Shown here: one piece after another, positions 28,006-37,384 of the stretch
Numbering within the stretch: position 1 is the first letter of the stretch
Layout: the number at the start of each line of letters is the position of its first letter
Notes under the pieces: generated by a model
Seen by the model: the letters and a program-made list of their open reading frames with translations, nothing else
Databases searched by the model: none
What the model was told of the DNA's origin: nothing
Position numbers and translations under genes: made by a program
Assembly (NCBI GenBank): GCA_007376135.1
Contig: VMFR01000001.1
Span: 206,554 to 270,553, forward strand
Origin: Parcubacteria group bacterium Gr01-1014_31
GTDB taxonomy: Bacteria; Patescibacteriota; Patescibacteriia; Buchananbacterales; GWA2-38-13
Direction of reading: 5' to 3'
DNA length: 64,000 nt

Positions 28006-31000
28006 CTAGCTGCCATCAACAGGCGTCGGGGTCGGCGTTGGCGACACGGTCGGCGATTCCTCGGTCACGACCGGTTCATCGGACGGCTCCGGCGGCAAAA
28101 CAGCATCGGTTTCCGGTGAAGTTGTGGCAGTATCGTCCGTCGGCGTAGGCGTCGGGGTCGGACTGGGCTCGGGCGTTGGCGATGGGGTGGGTTCCGGCGT
28201 TGGTTCCGGGGTCGGTGACGGCGATGGCGTGGGGGTCGGTTCCACGACCGGCTCCTCTACTTTGCTGACGGGAGCGACCAATTCCTCGGGGCTGGGTTCC
28301 GGCGTCGGGGTCGGCGACGGAGACGCCAGAAGCTCTTCATTCACGGGCTCGAACGCGATCGGGCTGGAGTAGTCATCCGACGGGAAGAGCGCGTCCCACT
28401 CCGCATCGGTCAGCAATGCCGCGTCCTCCACTTCCGGTTCATCCGGCAGCTCGCTGACCACGCCGACCTCCTCGGCCGGTTCGCCGTCGCAGGTTTCGCC
28501 GGTGTTGTCGTCGCCGGGCGTCGGGCACGGGTCCACCCAGTCGCCCGTGCCGTCCGGCACGCGAGCGTAGGAATTGCCCTCGCCTTTCTCACTGGTCCAA
28601 ATGAATTCGTCCAGCAGCGCGCCGTTGCCGCCGATCTCGCGGTTGTACAGCCGCACGCGGTCCCCGCTGTTGTTCAGATTGAAGTCCGAATCGCCGTTAC
28701 GGTAGACCACCATCTGCCCGCCCGCCGCAATGGTCGTGGTGCCGGTGTCCGTGTTGAAGGCGCCAATATCCAGCTCATTGCCGTTGCTGCTGTCGTACAG
28801 CATCCACCCGGCCAGGGAAATAGGCTTGCCGGAACGGTTATAGAGCTCCACCCATTCGCCATTGGGTTTGCCGGCGTCATCGGCGCCAGCGGGGTTGGGC
28901 AGCACTTCGTTCAGCACTACCTCCTGCTGCCCGGTCGGCGAGCAGCCGTCCCATGGGATGAGGTTGCCGTCGTCGCACTGTTCATCCTGTTCCAGCACGC
29001 CGTTGCCGTAGCCCGGCAGGATGCACTGGCCGGCGTTCGGATTCTCGTCCTCGTAGAAATTGTAGATACGGGCGGCGACGTACGCGGCGCGCGCCAGGTC
29101 ATCGCGGGTGGCGCTGCCGTTGGCGATGTACTGCTCCACAGCGGCGATCGCCTGCTGCACCGTCGACGTCGGGCTTAAGCCAAGAACGTCGAAGGCGGCA
29201 TTCCCGTCGTCGGAACCGCCCAAGAGCGCGTCCAGACGCAGACGGCCGGCCGAGACGTTGGCCTCATCGGCCAGGACGTGCGCCTTGGCGCGGCAGCGCT
29301 GGCCGGAAACCGTGCCGCCGCTCGGGCAGTTGCTGGTGTTCACATTGGCGCAGACTTGCGGCCCGGTGATGCCGACAAAGACATCCGAGAAACCGTCCGA
29401 CAACACGCTGACCTCGTCGGCCCAGATGCTGGACGTCGGGCAGCCGTCGTTGTTGCGGTAGTAGCCGATGGACAGGGCCGAGCACTCATTGGTCAGCGGC
29501 TCACAGGTCGTCGAGCAGTTGCTGCCCGGCTGGCCGTTCTGGGTCCCTTCGTCGCACTGTTCGGTCTGACCGAAGGAATTGGGCGTCTGTACCGTGCCGT
29601 CGCCGCACCAGTTGGTCGGCGTACAGGTGTTGTCACAGTCGTCGAAATTATTGGTGTTGCCGTCGTCGCACTGCTCCGGGGCTTCCACGGTGCCATTGCC
29701 GCACTCCGGCGCGACCGTGCAGTCGTTCCGGCAGGCGTCCTCGTCATTCGTATTGCCATCGTCGCACTGCTCCGTTTCCTGGTTGACGATGCCGTCGCCG
29801 CAGCGGACCGGGATGGGGCACAGCACCACTTCATCAACGGCGTAGCTGTCGCCGCCGCGCAACTTGAGCTGGCGGATGCCCGTCGTCTGATCGCCGGTTA
29901 TCTTTTGCACCGAGTTACCGCCCTTGGTCGGCACGGGGATGGAGAACACCTGCGCGGTGCCACTCGCGTCTGCGTACCCGACCACCTCGCCGGTGCTGTT
30001 GTCCAGGTCAATATACTTGACCGAGGAGAACGCCATCGGTTGAGCAAAGGTGAAACGGAGGGAACCGCCGGCCGGTTCGTCGTTCGGGTCATCCACGTCG
30101 CCGTCGGCGGGGGCCGTGTCCACCACGTTGTCGGGGATGATGAGGAGGTTGTGCAGCGCCGTCGCGTTGGACGGTTCCTTGCCGTCGCCGCTCTCGCTGT
30201 TGCCCGGGCCGCCGAACTGGAGGTTGGGGGTGCCCAGGTCCACGTCCACGATGCCGTCGCCGTTGACGCCGCCCGTCGGGGTGTCGGAATCAAAGGTGAT
30301 CCCCACCTGCGGATGCCCGGCGTTGTAGTTGTGCGCGGTGACGGCGATACCCCACGGCAGGTATTCGCCGTCAATGAATTGGCCGCGGCGTATCACGCCG
30401 CCGTTCGCGTCGGTGTCAAAATCCAAAGTGATGGCGTTTTCGCACACGCCGTCCTGGTAGTTGCCGAAGTCCAAGTTGGAGGCAAACTCGCCCTGCGCCA
30501 GGGTCACGTTGATGTTTACTGGCGTGCTGTGGGTCCAGCCGTCGCGGTCCTCTTCCATCACCGTGTAGCTGCCCGCGTTCAAACCGGAGAATTCATAGTA
30601 CCCGGCCGTGTCCGTCACGGCCCCGCCCACGGCATCGCCCGAAAGCGTTATCTGCCAGCCGGGAATCGCGGGTTCGCCCGCGTCCCAAACACCGTCCTTG
30701 TCCAAGTCGTTGAACTTGTGGCCGGACAGGCCGCCGCGGCGCTCTTCCTGCTTGTTGCCGAAGTCCACGACCGTTTCGCATCTGCCGAGGTACACGGCCA
30801 CGCTGTCGTCTGTGGTGGATATCCAGCCGTTCTGCGGCGCCTCGGTCACGATGTAGTCGCCGAAGTCCAGGTTCCCGAACTGGTAGTTGCCGTTCGAGTC
30901 CGTCACCTGGTTGCCGAGGTCGCGCGCCGCCAGCCAGTTCTGGAAATCGCCCAGGTCGCCGGACGGAAGCGCGAGGGAGGAGTCATTGTTGAAATCACAC

Positions 31001-31380
31001 TGCGTGCCGGCGGGACACGTTGCCCCGTCCACGATAACGTCTTCCAGCACGCCGTAGTCGTTGGAATCGTTAAATCCGTTGCCGTTGTAATCAAATTCAG
31101 CGGCATAGGGCCCGCGCTTCAGCTCAATGACCCAGTTCTCCAGGCCCGGCTCGCCCGCGTCGCGGATACCGTCGCCGTCCAGGTCGTTGAACTTGGTCCC
31201 GTGGAGCACGACCTCCTCGCACCGCGGCGTGATGCGGGCCGTGACGTTCACGACCGAAGCCTCAAAGGCCGCAATGACCGGCAGCTGGGTGAGCACCACC
31301 GCAAACGCGACCAGCGAAGCACCCACACGCTTGGTAGCGGTGAGCACGCGCTTCGTCAGTTTTTTAGTTCGTGACCTCAT
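28006..31380 (-). CDS. Giant secreted adhesin-like protein (1124 aa): SipW-cognate-like N-terminus, Cna-B/SdrD-B-like domains, four Myxococcus Cys-rich repeats, a lamin-tail domain (LTD) and a PT-rich C-terminal tail
   Basis: N-terminus ...[14 protein letters not shown]. Cna-B-like segments ([29 protein letters not shown]). [23 protein letters not shown] repeats x4. LTD segment [28 protein letters not shown]. Confidence 0.8.
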   Translation of the reverse strand: MRSRTKKLTKRVLTATKRVGASLVAFAVVLTQLPVIAAFEASVVNVTARITPRCEEVVLHGTKFNDLDGDGIRDAGEPGLENWVIELKRGPYAAEFDYNGNGFNDSNDYGVLEDVIVDGATCPAGTQCDFNNDSSLALPSGDLGDFQNWLAARDLGNQVTDSNGNYQFGNLDFGDYIVTEAPQNGWISTTDDSVAVYLGRCETVVDFGNKQEERRGGLSGHKFNDLDKDGVWDAGEPAIPGWQITLSGDAVGGAVTDTAGYYEFSGLNAGSYTVMEEDRDGWTHSTPVNINVTLAQGEFASNLDFGNYQDGVCENAITLDFDTDANGGVIRRGQFIDGEYLPWGIAVTAHNYNAGHPQVGITFDSDTPTGGVNGDGIVDVDLGTPNLQFGGPGNSESGDGKEPSNATALHNLLIIPDNVVDTAPADGDVDDPNDEPAGGSLRFTFAQPMAFSSVKYIDLDNSTGEVVGYADASGTAQVFSIPVPTKGGNSVQKITGDQTTGIRQLKLRGGDSYAVDEVVLCPIPVRCGDGIVNQETEQCDDGNTNDEDACRNDCTVAPECGNGTVEAPEQCDDGNTNNFDDCDNTCTPTNWCGDGTVQTPNSFGQTEQCDEGTQNGQPGSNCSTTCEPLTNECSALSIGYYRNNDGCPTSSIWADEVSVLSDGFSDVFVGITGPQVCANVNTSNCPSGGTVSGQRCRAKAHVLADEANVSAGRLRLDALLGGSDDGNAAFDVLGLSPTSTVQQAIAAVEQYIANGSATRDDLARAAYVAARIYNFYEDENPNAGQCILPGYGNGVLEQDEQCDDGNLIPWDGCSPTGQQEVVLNEVLPNPAGADDAGKPNGEWVELYNRSGKPISLAGWMLYDSSNGNELDIGAFNTDTGTTTIAAGGQMVVYRNGDSDFNLNNSGDRVRLYNREIGGNGALLDEFIWTSEKGEGNSYARVPDGTGDWVDPCPTPGDDNTGETCDGEPAEEVGVVSELPDEPEVEDAALLTDAEWDALFPSDDYSSPIAFEPVNEELLASPSPTPTPEPSPEELVAPVSKVEEPVVEPTPTPSPSPTPEPTPEPTPSPTPEPSPTPTPTPTDDTATTSPETDAVLPPEPSDEPVVTEESPTVSPTPTPTPVDGS

Positions 31381-31387
31381 GGTGAGA

Positions 31388-31830
31388 ACGTATCTAGTAT
31401 CTGGTATCTCGTATTTAGGTAAAGGATTTGCACTTTTTGATCAGACCATTCAGTAACTTATGAACTTCAACGGTCAGTTTTGCGATGGTCTGGAATTTAT
31501 CGTTCGTAATATATTTAACGTCGCGCGCAACGAGTAATTGGTTCTGTAATTCCGTTACTGATCCCTCCGCGAATGAATAAAAGTGTAATTTCTCTTTCCA
31601 GGATTGGCGGCTAAAGCCTTCGGCGATATTGGAAGTGATGGATACTGCGCTCCGGCGCATCTGACTGACCAGCCCGAATGTTTCGTCTTTTGGAAACCCT
31701 TTTGTCGTCTGATAGATCTGGAGGACCAACTGATGCCCCTGCTGCCACGTTGTTAAATTCGTGAAGTTTTTAATTTTTTCCATTTTTATATTCGCTAGAT
31801 ACTAGATACTACATACTAGATACTCCGCCT
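31388..31830. mobile_element. Low-GC cassette carrying a four-helix-bundle gene, flanked by inverted arrays of heptamer repeats (GTATCTN x3.5 on the left, TAGATAC x4 on the right)
   Basis: Left gtatctagtatctggtatctcgtat (~31390..31416) and right tagatactagatactacatactagatact (~31795..31826) are reverse complements. Interior GC is about 43% against ~65% in the flanks. Confidence 0.55.
31415..31783 (-). CDS. Four-helix-bundle protein (TIGR02436 family, the type found in 23S rRNA intervening sequences and mobile DNA)
   Basis: 122 aa, [59 protein letters not shown]-rich codon usage. Confidence 0.75.
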   Translation of the reverse strand: MEKIKNFTNLTTWQQGHQLVLQIYQTTKGFPKDETFGLVSQMRRSAVSITSNIAEGFSRQSWKEKLHFYSFAEGSVTELQNQLLVARDVKYITNDKFQTIAKLTVEVHKLLNGLIKKCKSFT

Positions 31831-31831
31831 T

Positions 31832-32395
31832 TCACTTCTGCACCTTCTTACTCACCATTATGGAAATGAACCCCAGCTTCGGTATCCGCACCGGTTTGCC
31901 CGACGACCAGTTCAGCGTGCGGCCGATGACGGTAGTGACGGCGACTGGCTTATCATCCACGTTGTTGGCGTCGCCGCGGGTGGTGATCTCACCTTTGGCG
32001 GTGTCAATTTCCTTGATGCGGTGGATGGTGAACCCGCGCTCGTTGGTGTAGACCACGATGTCCCCGACCTTCAGCTCTTCGGCGGAGACGGCCTGCACCA
32101 GGATGAGGTCCCCGACCTTCAGTTCGGGCCACATGGACCCGGACGTGATTGCCGCCATCGGGTACTCGGTCTTCAGCCACCTGGACAGCCCAATGGGCAG
32201 CCCCCACACCAGCAGGGCGACGAACCCGACGTAGACGACCACGTTCAGGACCAGTTTCAGGATGCGCCGCGACATCGGCTTTTTCTTTTTCTCCGACATC
32301 CTGGGCGTCACCGTGGAACGCTCGATACCGGCCGCTGCCGCATCGGTGCCCTCCATCTGCGGCGTCGCGGATTCGTTGTTTTGTTCTTCTGACAT
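31832..32395 (-). CDS. Signal peptidase I, SipW/archaeal type (SPase I, S26B-like)
   Basis: 187 aa. Its N-terminal acidic/basic segment is followed by one TM helix. Catalytic SGSMWP motif, a GDANNV-type motif (TRGDANNVDD), and a C-terminal second hydrophobic region. Confidence 0.8.
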   Translation of the reverse strand: MSEEQNNESATPQMEGTDAAAAGIERSTVTPRMSEKKKKPMSRRILKLVLNVVVYVGFVALLVWGLPIGLSRWLKTEYPMAAITSGSMWPELKVGDLILVQAVSAEELKVGDIVVYTNERGFTIHRIKEIDTAKGEITTRGDANNVDDKPVAVTTVIGRTLNWSSGKPVRIPKLGFISIMVSKKVQK

Positions 32396-32515
32396 TGTAA
32401 GGTGCAGTCCGGTGAATTAGGAATCAGGAATAAGGAATTATGCGCCGCAGCATCCCTTATTACTAACTCCTAATTCATGCCGTTCCCTAATTCCTAATTC
32501 TTAATTCCCTATTCG

Positions 32516-33028
32516 CTAAAACAACTTGGGCCACTTGAATATCATCACCCGTCCGCTGTACTTGCGGTATTGCGCCGACGACGGGATGCGGACATTGAAC
32601 TCCAGCTTCACCTCTTCGCCCGGCTGCAGCGTGAATTTCGCCGGCCGGTCCACTTTCATCAGCTCGGCCAGCTCGCCGGATTTCACCACCCAGATGGTCT
32701 TTGCCATTTTGCCGGGGTTTTTCAGGTTGATGAAGCGGGAAGCTCCGGTGTCGCGCGACAGGTCGCCAAAGTCCAGGCGCTCGGCCGTCGGGTTGACGCC
32801 GACTCGGTCGGTGCCCTCCACCACCTGCACGATGGCCTGGTAGCGTTCGGCTGCCATCACCTGCACGCCGATAAACCACACGACCGCAATGGCGCCGATC
32901 AACAGGAACGCCTGCTTCTTGGTCCACTGCTTGCGCGGCTTTTTCGGCGCAGCAACCGGAGCCGGCGCCGGAGCAGCCTGCGTCGTATTCGGTACTTGAG
33001 GTTCTGCGCTTGGCATCTGGGGTTCCAT
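32516..33028 (-). CDS. Membrane-anchored hypothetical protein (170 aa) between the signal peptidase and its putative substrates; possible accessory (TapA-like role) protein
   Basis: A Pro/Ala-rich N-terminus and TM helix (FLLIGAIAVVWFIGV) precede a ~110-aa beta-rich ectodomain. Confidence 0.45.
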   Translation of the reverse strand: MEPQMPSAEPQVPNTTQAAPAPAPVAAPKKPRKQWTKKQAFLLIGAIAVVWFIGVQVMAAERYQAIVQVVEGTDRVGVNPTAERLDFGDLSRDTGASRFINLKNPGKMAKTIWVVKSGELAELMKVDRPAKFTLQPGEEVKLEFNVRIPSSAQYRKYSGRVMIFKWPKLF

Positions 33029-33290
33029 AGATCGGTGAATTAGGAATTTCGAATTATGAATTGGGGGTGCGGTTTTTGGAATTTTTGTCTCAGGCGCCTA
33101 ATTCCTGATTCATAATTCCTTATTCCCCGTATTAACTCCCCATCCCCCTCCGCCCCTTTGGTTGGTGAAGTATGAAGTTCGAATTATGAATAAGGGTATC
33201 GGTTGCCCAATTCCTGATTCATAATTCCTTATTCTTCACGAAACCGCAGGGACGAAGGGCGGATTGGCAGTCAATCGAAGCAGAAATGCC

Positions 33291-34628
33291 TTACGGAACG
33301 GGCTCTGGGGTCGGCTCCGGCGTCGGCGACGGCAGCGGGTCAACCCCATTTTGGGTGAGGTTGTCGATGGCCGTCACTTCAAACCACAGGTCGCAGCCAA
33401 ACACCTCGTGCTCCAGCTCCGGAGGGAGCATGTAGTCATTCGGGTCGGCCGCTGGATTGTGGCTACGGACGAAGTCCGCCCAGTCCTGGGCGCAGGCGCC
33501 CTTGAAACAGGGCACCGGCAGGTCGATGATCCACGTGTCGCCCACGTCCGTACCCGTCTTTTTGATCTTGCCGCGGGCAACGGATGTTGCCAGCTCAGGG
33601 TCATGGAAGGCGGGCACCCCGTAGTCATTGGCCACCGGATGGTTGTCCGGCGTCTTTGACAGGTAGGGGCAGAGGGATGGATAGCACTTTTCCAAGTACG
33701 TTGTCCACACCGTATCGGACGAGTCGTACGGGGTCGTCGGAAGGTTGAGGTGGCAGTAATCGCGTGCGACCGTCACCCCAACCTCCTGCAAGAATCCGTC
33801 CCGCGGCTTGGGTTTCTGCTTGATCACGTAGTGCACCGTGGAAACGCGGGTCTGGTCGGTTTCCGAAAAGGATTCGCTGAAGGTGACAAAGGTGCCACGC
33901 TCCAGATACTCCTGCGGGAACACGGTGCCATGGTTATCCGGGTCCTGGACGTAGTCTGCCGGATCCGCGGTCGGGTTGATTCCGTGGACGTAGTCCTCCC
34001 AGTCCTGGGCGCAGAAACCGTCAAAGCACGGAACCTTCAGGTCGATCTTCCACTGGTCGCGAACGTCATCGTTTGACTTGGCCAGATAACCAATGGCCTC
34101 GAGCCAAGAAATGGACGACGTCGAAACCGTGAACGGCTGGTGGAATGCGGCGACCTCAACCTCGTTAATTTCGACACCATCTGCACCCTTGTGCTTGGAC
34201 AGGTAGGGGCAGAGTGACGGTAGTACGCCCCAGTCCGCGCCCTCGGGCATGTTTTCCGGCCGAGGACCACAATCAATACGGTAACCGCCCTGACCATCTA
34301 AAACGACATGGCCAGTGGCCGTCGGGAAGTCCAACATCACGGTTCCGCCGTCGGTGGTAACTGCGCACTTGGGCTTCTGGCGAATCATGTACTGGACATC
34401 ATCCGCGTCCTTTTCGTCCAAGAACGAGCCAGAAAGCTGAACATCAAAAACCTTGTCCAGCTGCTCCTGCGGGAATACGGTGCCGTAGCGGATTTCCTTG
34501 ATCGGTACTTCCAAGGCGTTCTCGATGCGCGCCGTCACGTTGATGACGTGTGCCTCAAAGGCGGCGAACATTGGGACCGATGCGACGGCCAATGCCAGCG
34601 CCGAGAAGCCGAACAAAACTTTCTTCAT
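33291..34628 (-). CDS. Secreted protein, SipW-cognate-like N-terminus, internally duplicated Cys-motif domain (LCPYLSK ... VPCFxGxCAQDW)
   Basis: MKKVLFGFSALALAVASVPMFAAFEAHVINVTARIENALEV... has two repeats of the LCPYLSK/VPCF(D/K)G(F/A)CAQDW(E/A)D(Y/F)V module, then a Pro-Thr tail. Confidence 0.75.
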   Translation of the reverse strand: MKKVLFGFSALALAVASVPMFAAFEAHVINVTARIENALEVPIKEIRYGTVFPQEQLDKVFDVQLSGSFLDEKDADDVQYMIRQKPKCAVTTDGGTVMLDFPTATGHVVLDGQGGYRIDCGPRPENMPEGADWGVLPSLCPYLSKHKGADGVEINEVEVAAFHQPFTVSTSSISWLEAIGYLAKSNDDVRDQWKIDLKVPCFDGFCAQDWEDYVHGINPTADPADYVQDPDNHGTVFPQEYLERGTFVTFSESFSETDQTRVSTVHYVIKQKPKPRDGFLQEVGVTVARDYCHLNLPTTPYDSSDTVWTTYLEKCYPSLCPYLSKTPDNHPVANDYGVPAFHDPELATSVARGKIKKTGTDVGDTWIIDLPVPCFKGACAQDWADFVRSHNPAADPNDYMLPPELEHEVFGCDLWFEVTAIDNLTQNGVDPLPSPTPEPTPEPVP

Positions 34629-35134
34629 AATGGTTTGCTCCTTTTTAGGGTATTAGGTGCGTACTTGTTACTTTTTAAGTAACTCACCCCATACAGGAAT
34701 CACTCCTGTCCTCCGGGGGAATTGCGCCCGCAATCCCACGTTCCGGGATCGGGCAAGGTACTTAATGAGCTTGAGGCCACCCACGCCTGTTCCGTGGAGG
34801 AACGGAAGAGGTGTGGGTTCGACTTTTGGCCGCAAGTGATTGTCAACCCTTCGATAGGATCTGCTCAGGGTTGCCCTGAGCGCCGCCGAACGGGCAATTG
34901 GGCGGAACGTCCCGCCAACGGCGGGAATGTTGTCCTCCCATCCCCCAGCCTCTTCCCGATAAGGGGCTGGGTCAATGGACGGACAACCGACTCCTCGTCA
35001 TCCCGGCACCCTCACCCTATCCCTCTCCCCGAGGGAGAGGGTGGCCGGAGGCCGGGTGAGGGCCGGAATGACGGTTTAGTTACGGTTGGTCAATGGTACA
35101 GACTACCCGCCTACATCACTACCTAACTTCACGT

Positions 35135-36451
35135 CTACTCCGGGCAGGACGCCAGCTTCTCCAATTCGGCCTGCAGCGTCGCAAAGTCGGCGGCCGAGAA
35201 GTAGTGCGCGTCGTTGGTGGCAATGGTCTTCAGGTAGGTGGCGTCCACGTCGCCGCCGATGCCGACCACGTAGATTTCCACACCTGCCGCCTTGGCCGCG
35301 TCAGCGGCGGTCTTGGCAGCGGCCTTGTCAAGCGTCACGTCGCCGTTCGGGCGGTTCGGGTTGCCATCGGTCATGATGACCATGACGTCCGGCACTGCTG
35401 GACGCTCGTGCGGGTCGGCGCTGTCCAATTCACCGGTCGCAAGTTCAATACCTTCCTTGAGGTTGGTGAACCCGCCGTTGACCAGGGCGTCAATGGCAGC
35501 GTTGATGGTCGAGGTCGCATCGCTCAAGTGCAGGTCCAGTGTGCCCGTGTCCGAGAAACTGCTTTGCCCGACGTGGGTTCCTGCCGTGGACGGGTTGACC
35601 GCGGTTACGAAGGCCTTGGCAGCTGTCTTCAGGTCGCCTAACTCCGTGGAATCAATGCTGCCGGAGCGGTCAATGACCAGCATCATATCCAGGGTCTTGC
35701 AGCCCAAGCCTGGCAGCGAAATCCCGAACACTTCTATCCATAGGTCGCACCCAAAGATCTGGTGCTCGTTGGAACTCGGCTGGATGTATTCGGTCGGGGT
35801 CGCCGAGGGATTTGCGTCATGGACGAAATCGGCCCAATCCTGCGCGCACTGGCCCTCAAAACACGGGGTCTTGAGGTCAATGAGCCAGCGGTCGCCCGTG
35901 TCCTCCTGGGACTTGGCCAGGTGACCGGTTACCTGCGTGTCCAGCGTGGTCTGCAGCGTCCAGCCGTCAATAACGCCATGGAACGCCGGGATTCCCTGCG
36001 AGTCGTTCTCCGTCACGAGGCCATCTGGGGAAACCTCATGCTTGGACAGGTAGGGGCAAAGCAACGGCAGCGGTACATAGCCATCCGGGCAGATGAACAC
36101 GCCCGTATCCTTGTTGTGGCCGATGACCGCAGCGTAACCCTCATATTGAACCGGGTCCGTATTCGCGATCGGCAAACCACACTTGGGCTTCTGCCGGATC
36201 ATGTAGTCAATGTCATCCACGCGCCCCTCGTCGACGAACGACTGGGACAGCGCGATGCTGATGAACTTGTCCAGCTTTTCCTGCGGGAAGACCGTGCCGA
36301 ACTGGATGGGCTCGGTGTTCACCGCCAACGCGTTCTCAATTCTCGCCGTAACGTTAATGACGTGCGCTTCGAATGCCGCGAACATCGGCACCGACGCGAC
36401 CGCCAACGCCAGGGCGGAAAGAGAAAGCAACGCTTTCTTCATAGTTTGCAA
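35135..36451 (-). CDS. Secreted protein, paralog of 33291..34628 (the first 39 residues are nearly identical), carrying a C-terminal vWA domain
   Basis: MQTMKKALLSLSALALAVASVPMFAAFEAHVINVTARIENALAV... One LCPYLSK/TPCFEGQCAQDWADFV module. VWA (LDMMLVIDRSGSIDS ... MVIMTDGNPN). Confidence 0.75.
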   Translation of the reverse strand: MQTMKKALLSLSALALAVASVPMFAAFEAHVINVTARIENALAVNTEPIQFGTVFPQEKLDKFISIALSQSFVDEGRVDDIDYMIRQKPKCGLPIANTDPVQYEGYAAVIGHNKDTGVFICPDGYVPLPLLCPYLSKHEVSPDGLVTENDSQGIPAFHGVIDGWTLQTTLDTQVTGHLAKSQEDTGDRWLIDLKTPCFEGQCAQDWADFVHDANPSATPTEYIQPSSNEHQIFGCDLWIEVFGISLPGLGCKTLDMMLVIDRSGSIDSTELGDLKTAAKAFVTAVNPSTAGTHVGQSSFSDTGTLDLHLSDATSTINAAIDALVNGGFTNLKEGIELATGELDSADPHERPAVPDVMVIMTDGNPNRPNGDVTLDKAAAKTAADAAKAAGVEIYVVGIGGDVDATYLKTIATNDAHYFSAADFATLQAELEKLASCPE

Positions 36452-36967
36452 TTTTCTGGCTAAGTACCTAGCACTTCGTACTTAGCACTGAGAACTTATT
36501 ACTTAGAACTTCGTTCAGTGACTCGCCCCGCACTTGAAAGCGTGCCCTCCGGGAGCCTGCGCCCGCACCTTCCAGTATGGAGCTAGCCACTGCATTGGAC
36601 TTCCACTACACCCCGCCTTTGGCGGGTTCGACCTTTTGCAGCGGAATAAAATGTAAGGTTCCTCGGGAGTATATTGTCCTCCCATTTCCGGTCCCCTCAC
36701 TCGGCCAGGTGAGGGCACGGGTCAATGGACGGATAACCGACTCCTAGTCGTCCCCGCCCCCATTTTCATGGGGGTAAACTCCAGCGGGGATGATGCATGG
36801 CTCGGGAATGACGGTTTGGTTACGGTTGGTCAATGCTGCGGTTCTACCCGCCTACCCAACTACTTTACCTACCCAACTCTTCCTGCGCCCGTGACGGTCG
36901 CTCCCGGGTGTACGTCAGCCGTAAGCCAACGTACACCCGGCGGCAACCGTCGCCGCCGTTTTCGGAA

Positions 36968-37225
36968 TCAAGCGTAGAGAGGACAATGGGAACAGTGCGC
37001 GGCAAGCCGGCAAAAGACGTTCTTGCCCACGCGGTTCTTGGCGATAAGCCCGGCTTTCTGCAGCTGGTTGAGGTGGAAGGTAACGGTCGGCTGGCGCAGG
37101 CCGGTCAGCTTGACCAGCGACGACACCGACGAGTTCTTGTTCCCCGCTTTCATTAGGTGGTAGAAGATCTGGAATCGAGCTGGCACCGCGATGGATTTTA
37201 GGCACTTCAGGCACTTTGGTTTCAT
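36968..37225 (-). CDS. ArsR/SmtB-family winged-helix transcriptional regulator (85 aa)
   Basis: HTH core FYHLMKAGNKNSSVSSLVKLTGLRQPTVTFHLNQLQKAGLI, with flanking Cys pairs (CLKCLK, CSHC). Confidence 0.65.
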   Translation of the reverse strand: MKPKCLKCLKSIAVPARFQIFYHLMKAGNKNSSVSSLVKLTGLRQPTVTFHLNQLQKAGLIAKNRVGKNVFCRLAAHCSHCPLYA

Positions 37226-37384
37226 AGGTTGCAGTCTATAACTTCGATAGATGGTTGTCTATATGCGTTCGCCCGGATAAATTGGCCATCAGGGAGCGCG
37301 GCAGGGAGAACCGTTGAGATGCCAATGGAGCGCAAAAGCGTTCAGATGTACCTTCCTCCCCTCCTCCAAGGGGTACAACGCGAC

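Noticed and set aside
28124-28372. GVGVG-repeat ORF and ORF 29278..31374 (698 aa, plus strand)
   Set aside because: These are antisense translations of the PT-rich tail and body of the 1124-aa gene.
34805-34830. tRNA-like GGGTTCGAC(T/C)TTTG motif, also at ~36620..36640
   Set aside because: There is no acceptor-stem pairing or cloverleaf around it. It is part of the duplicated upstream leader, not a tRNA.
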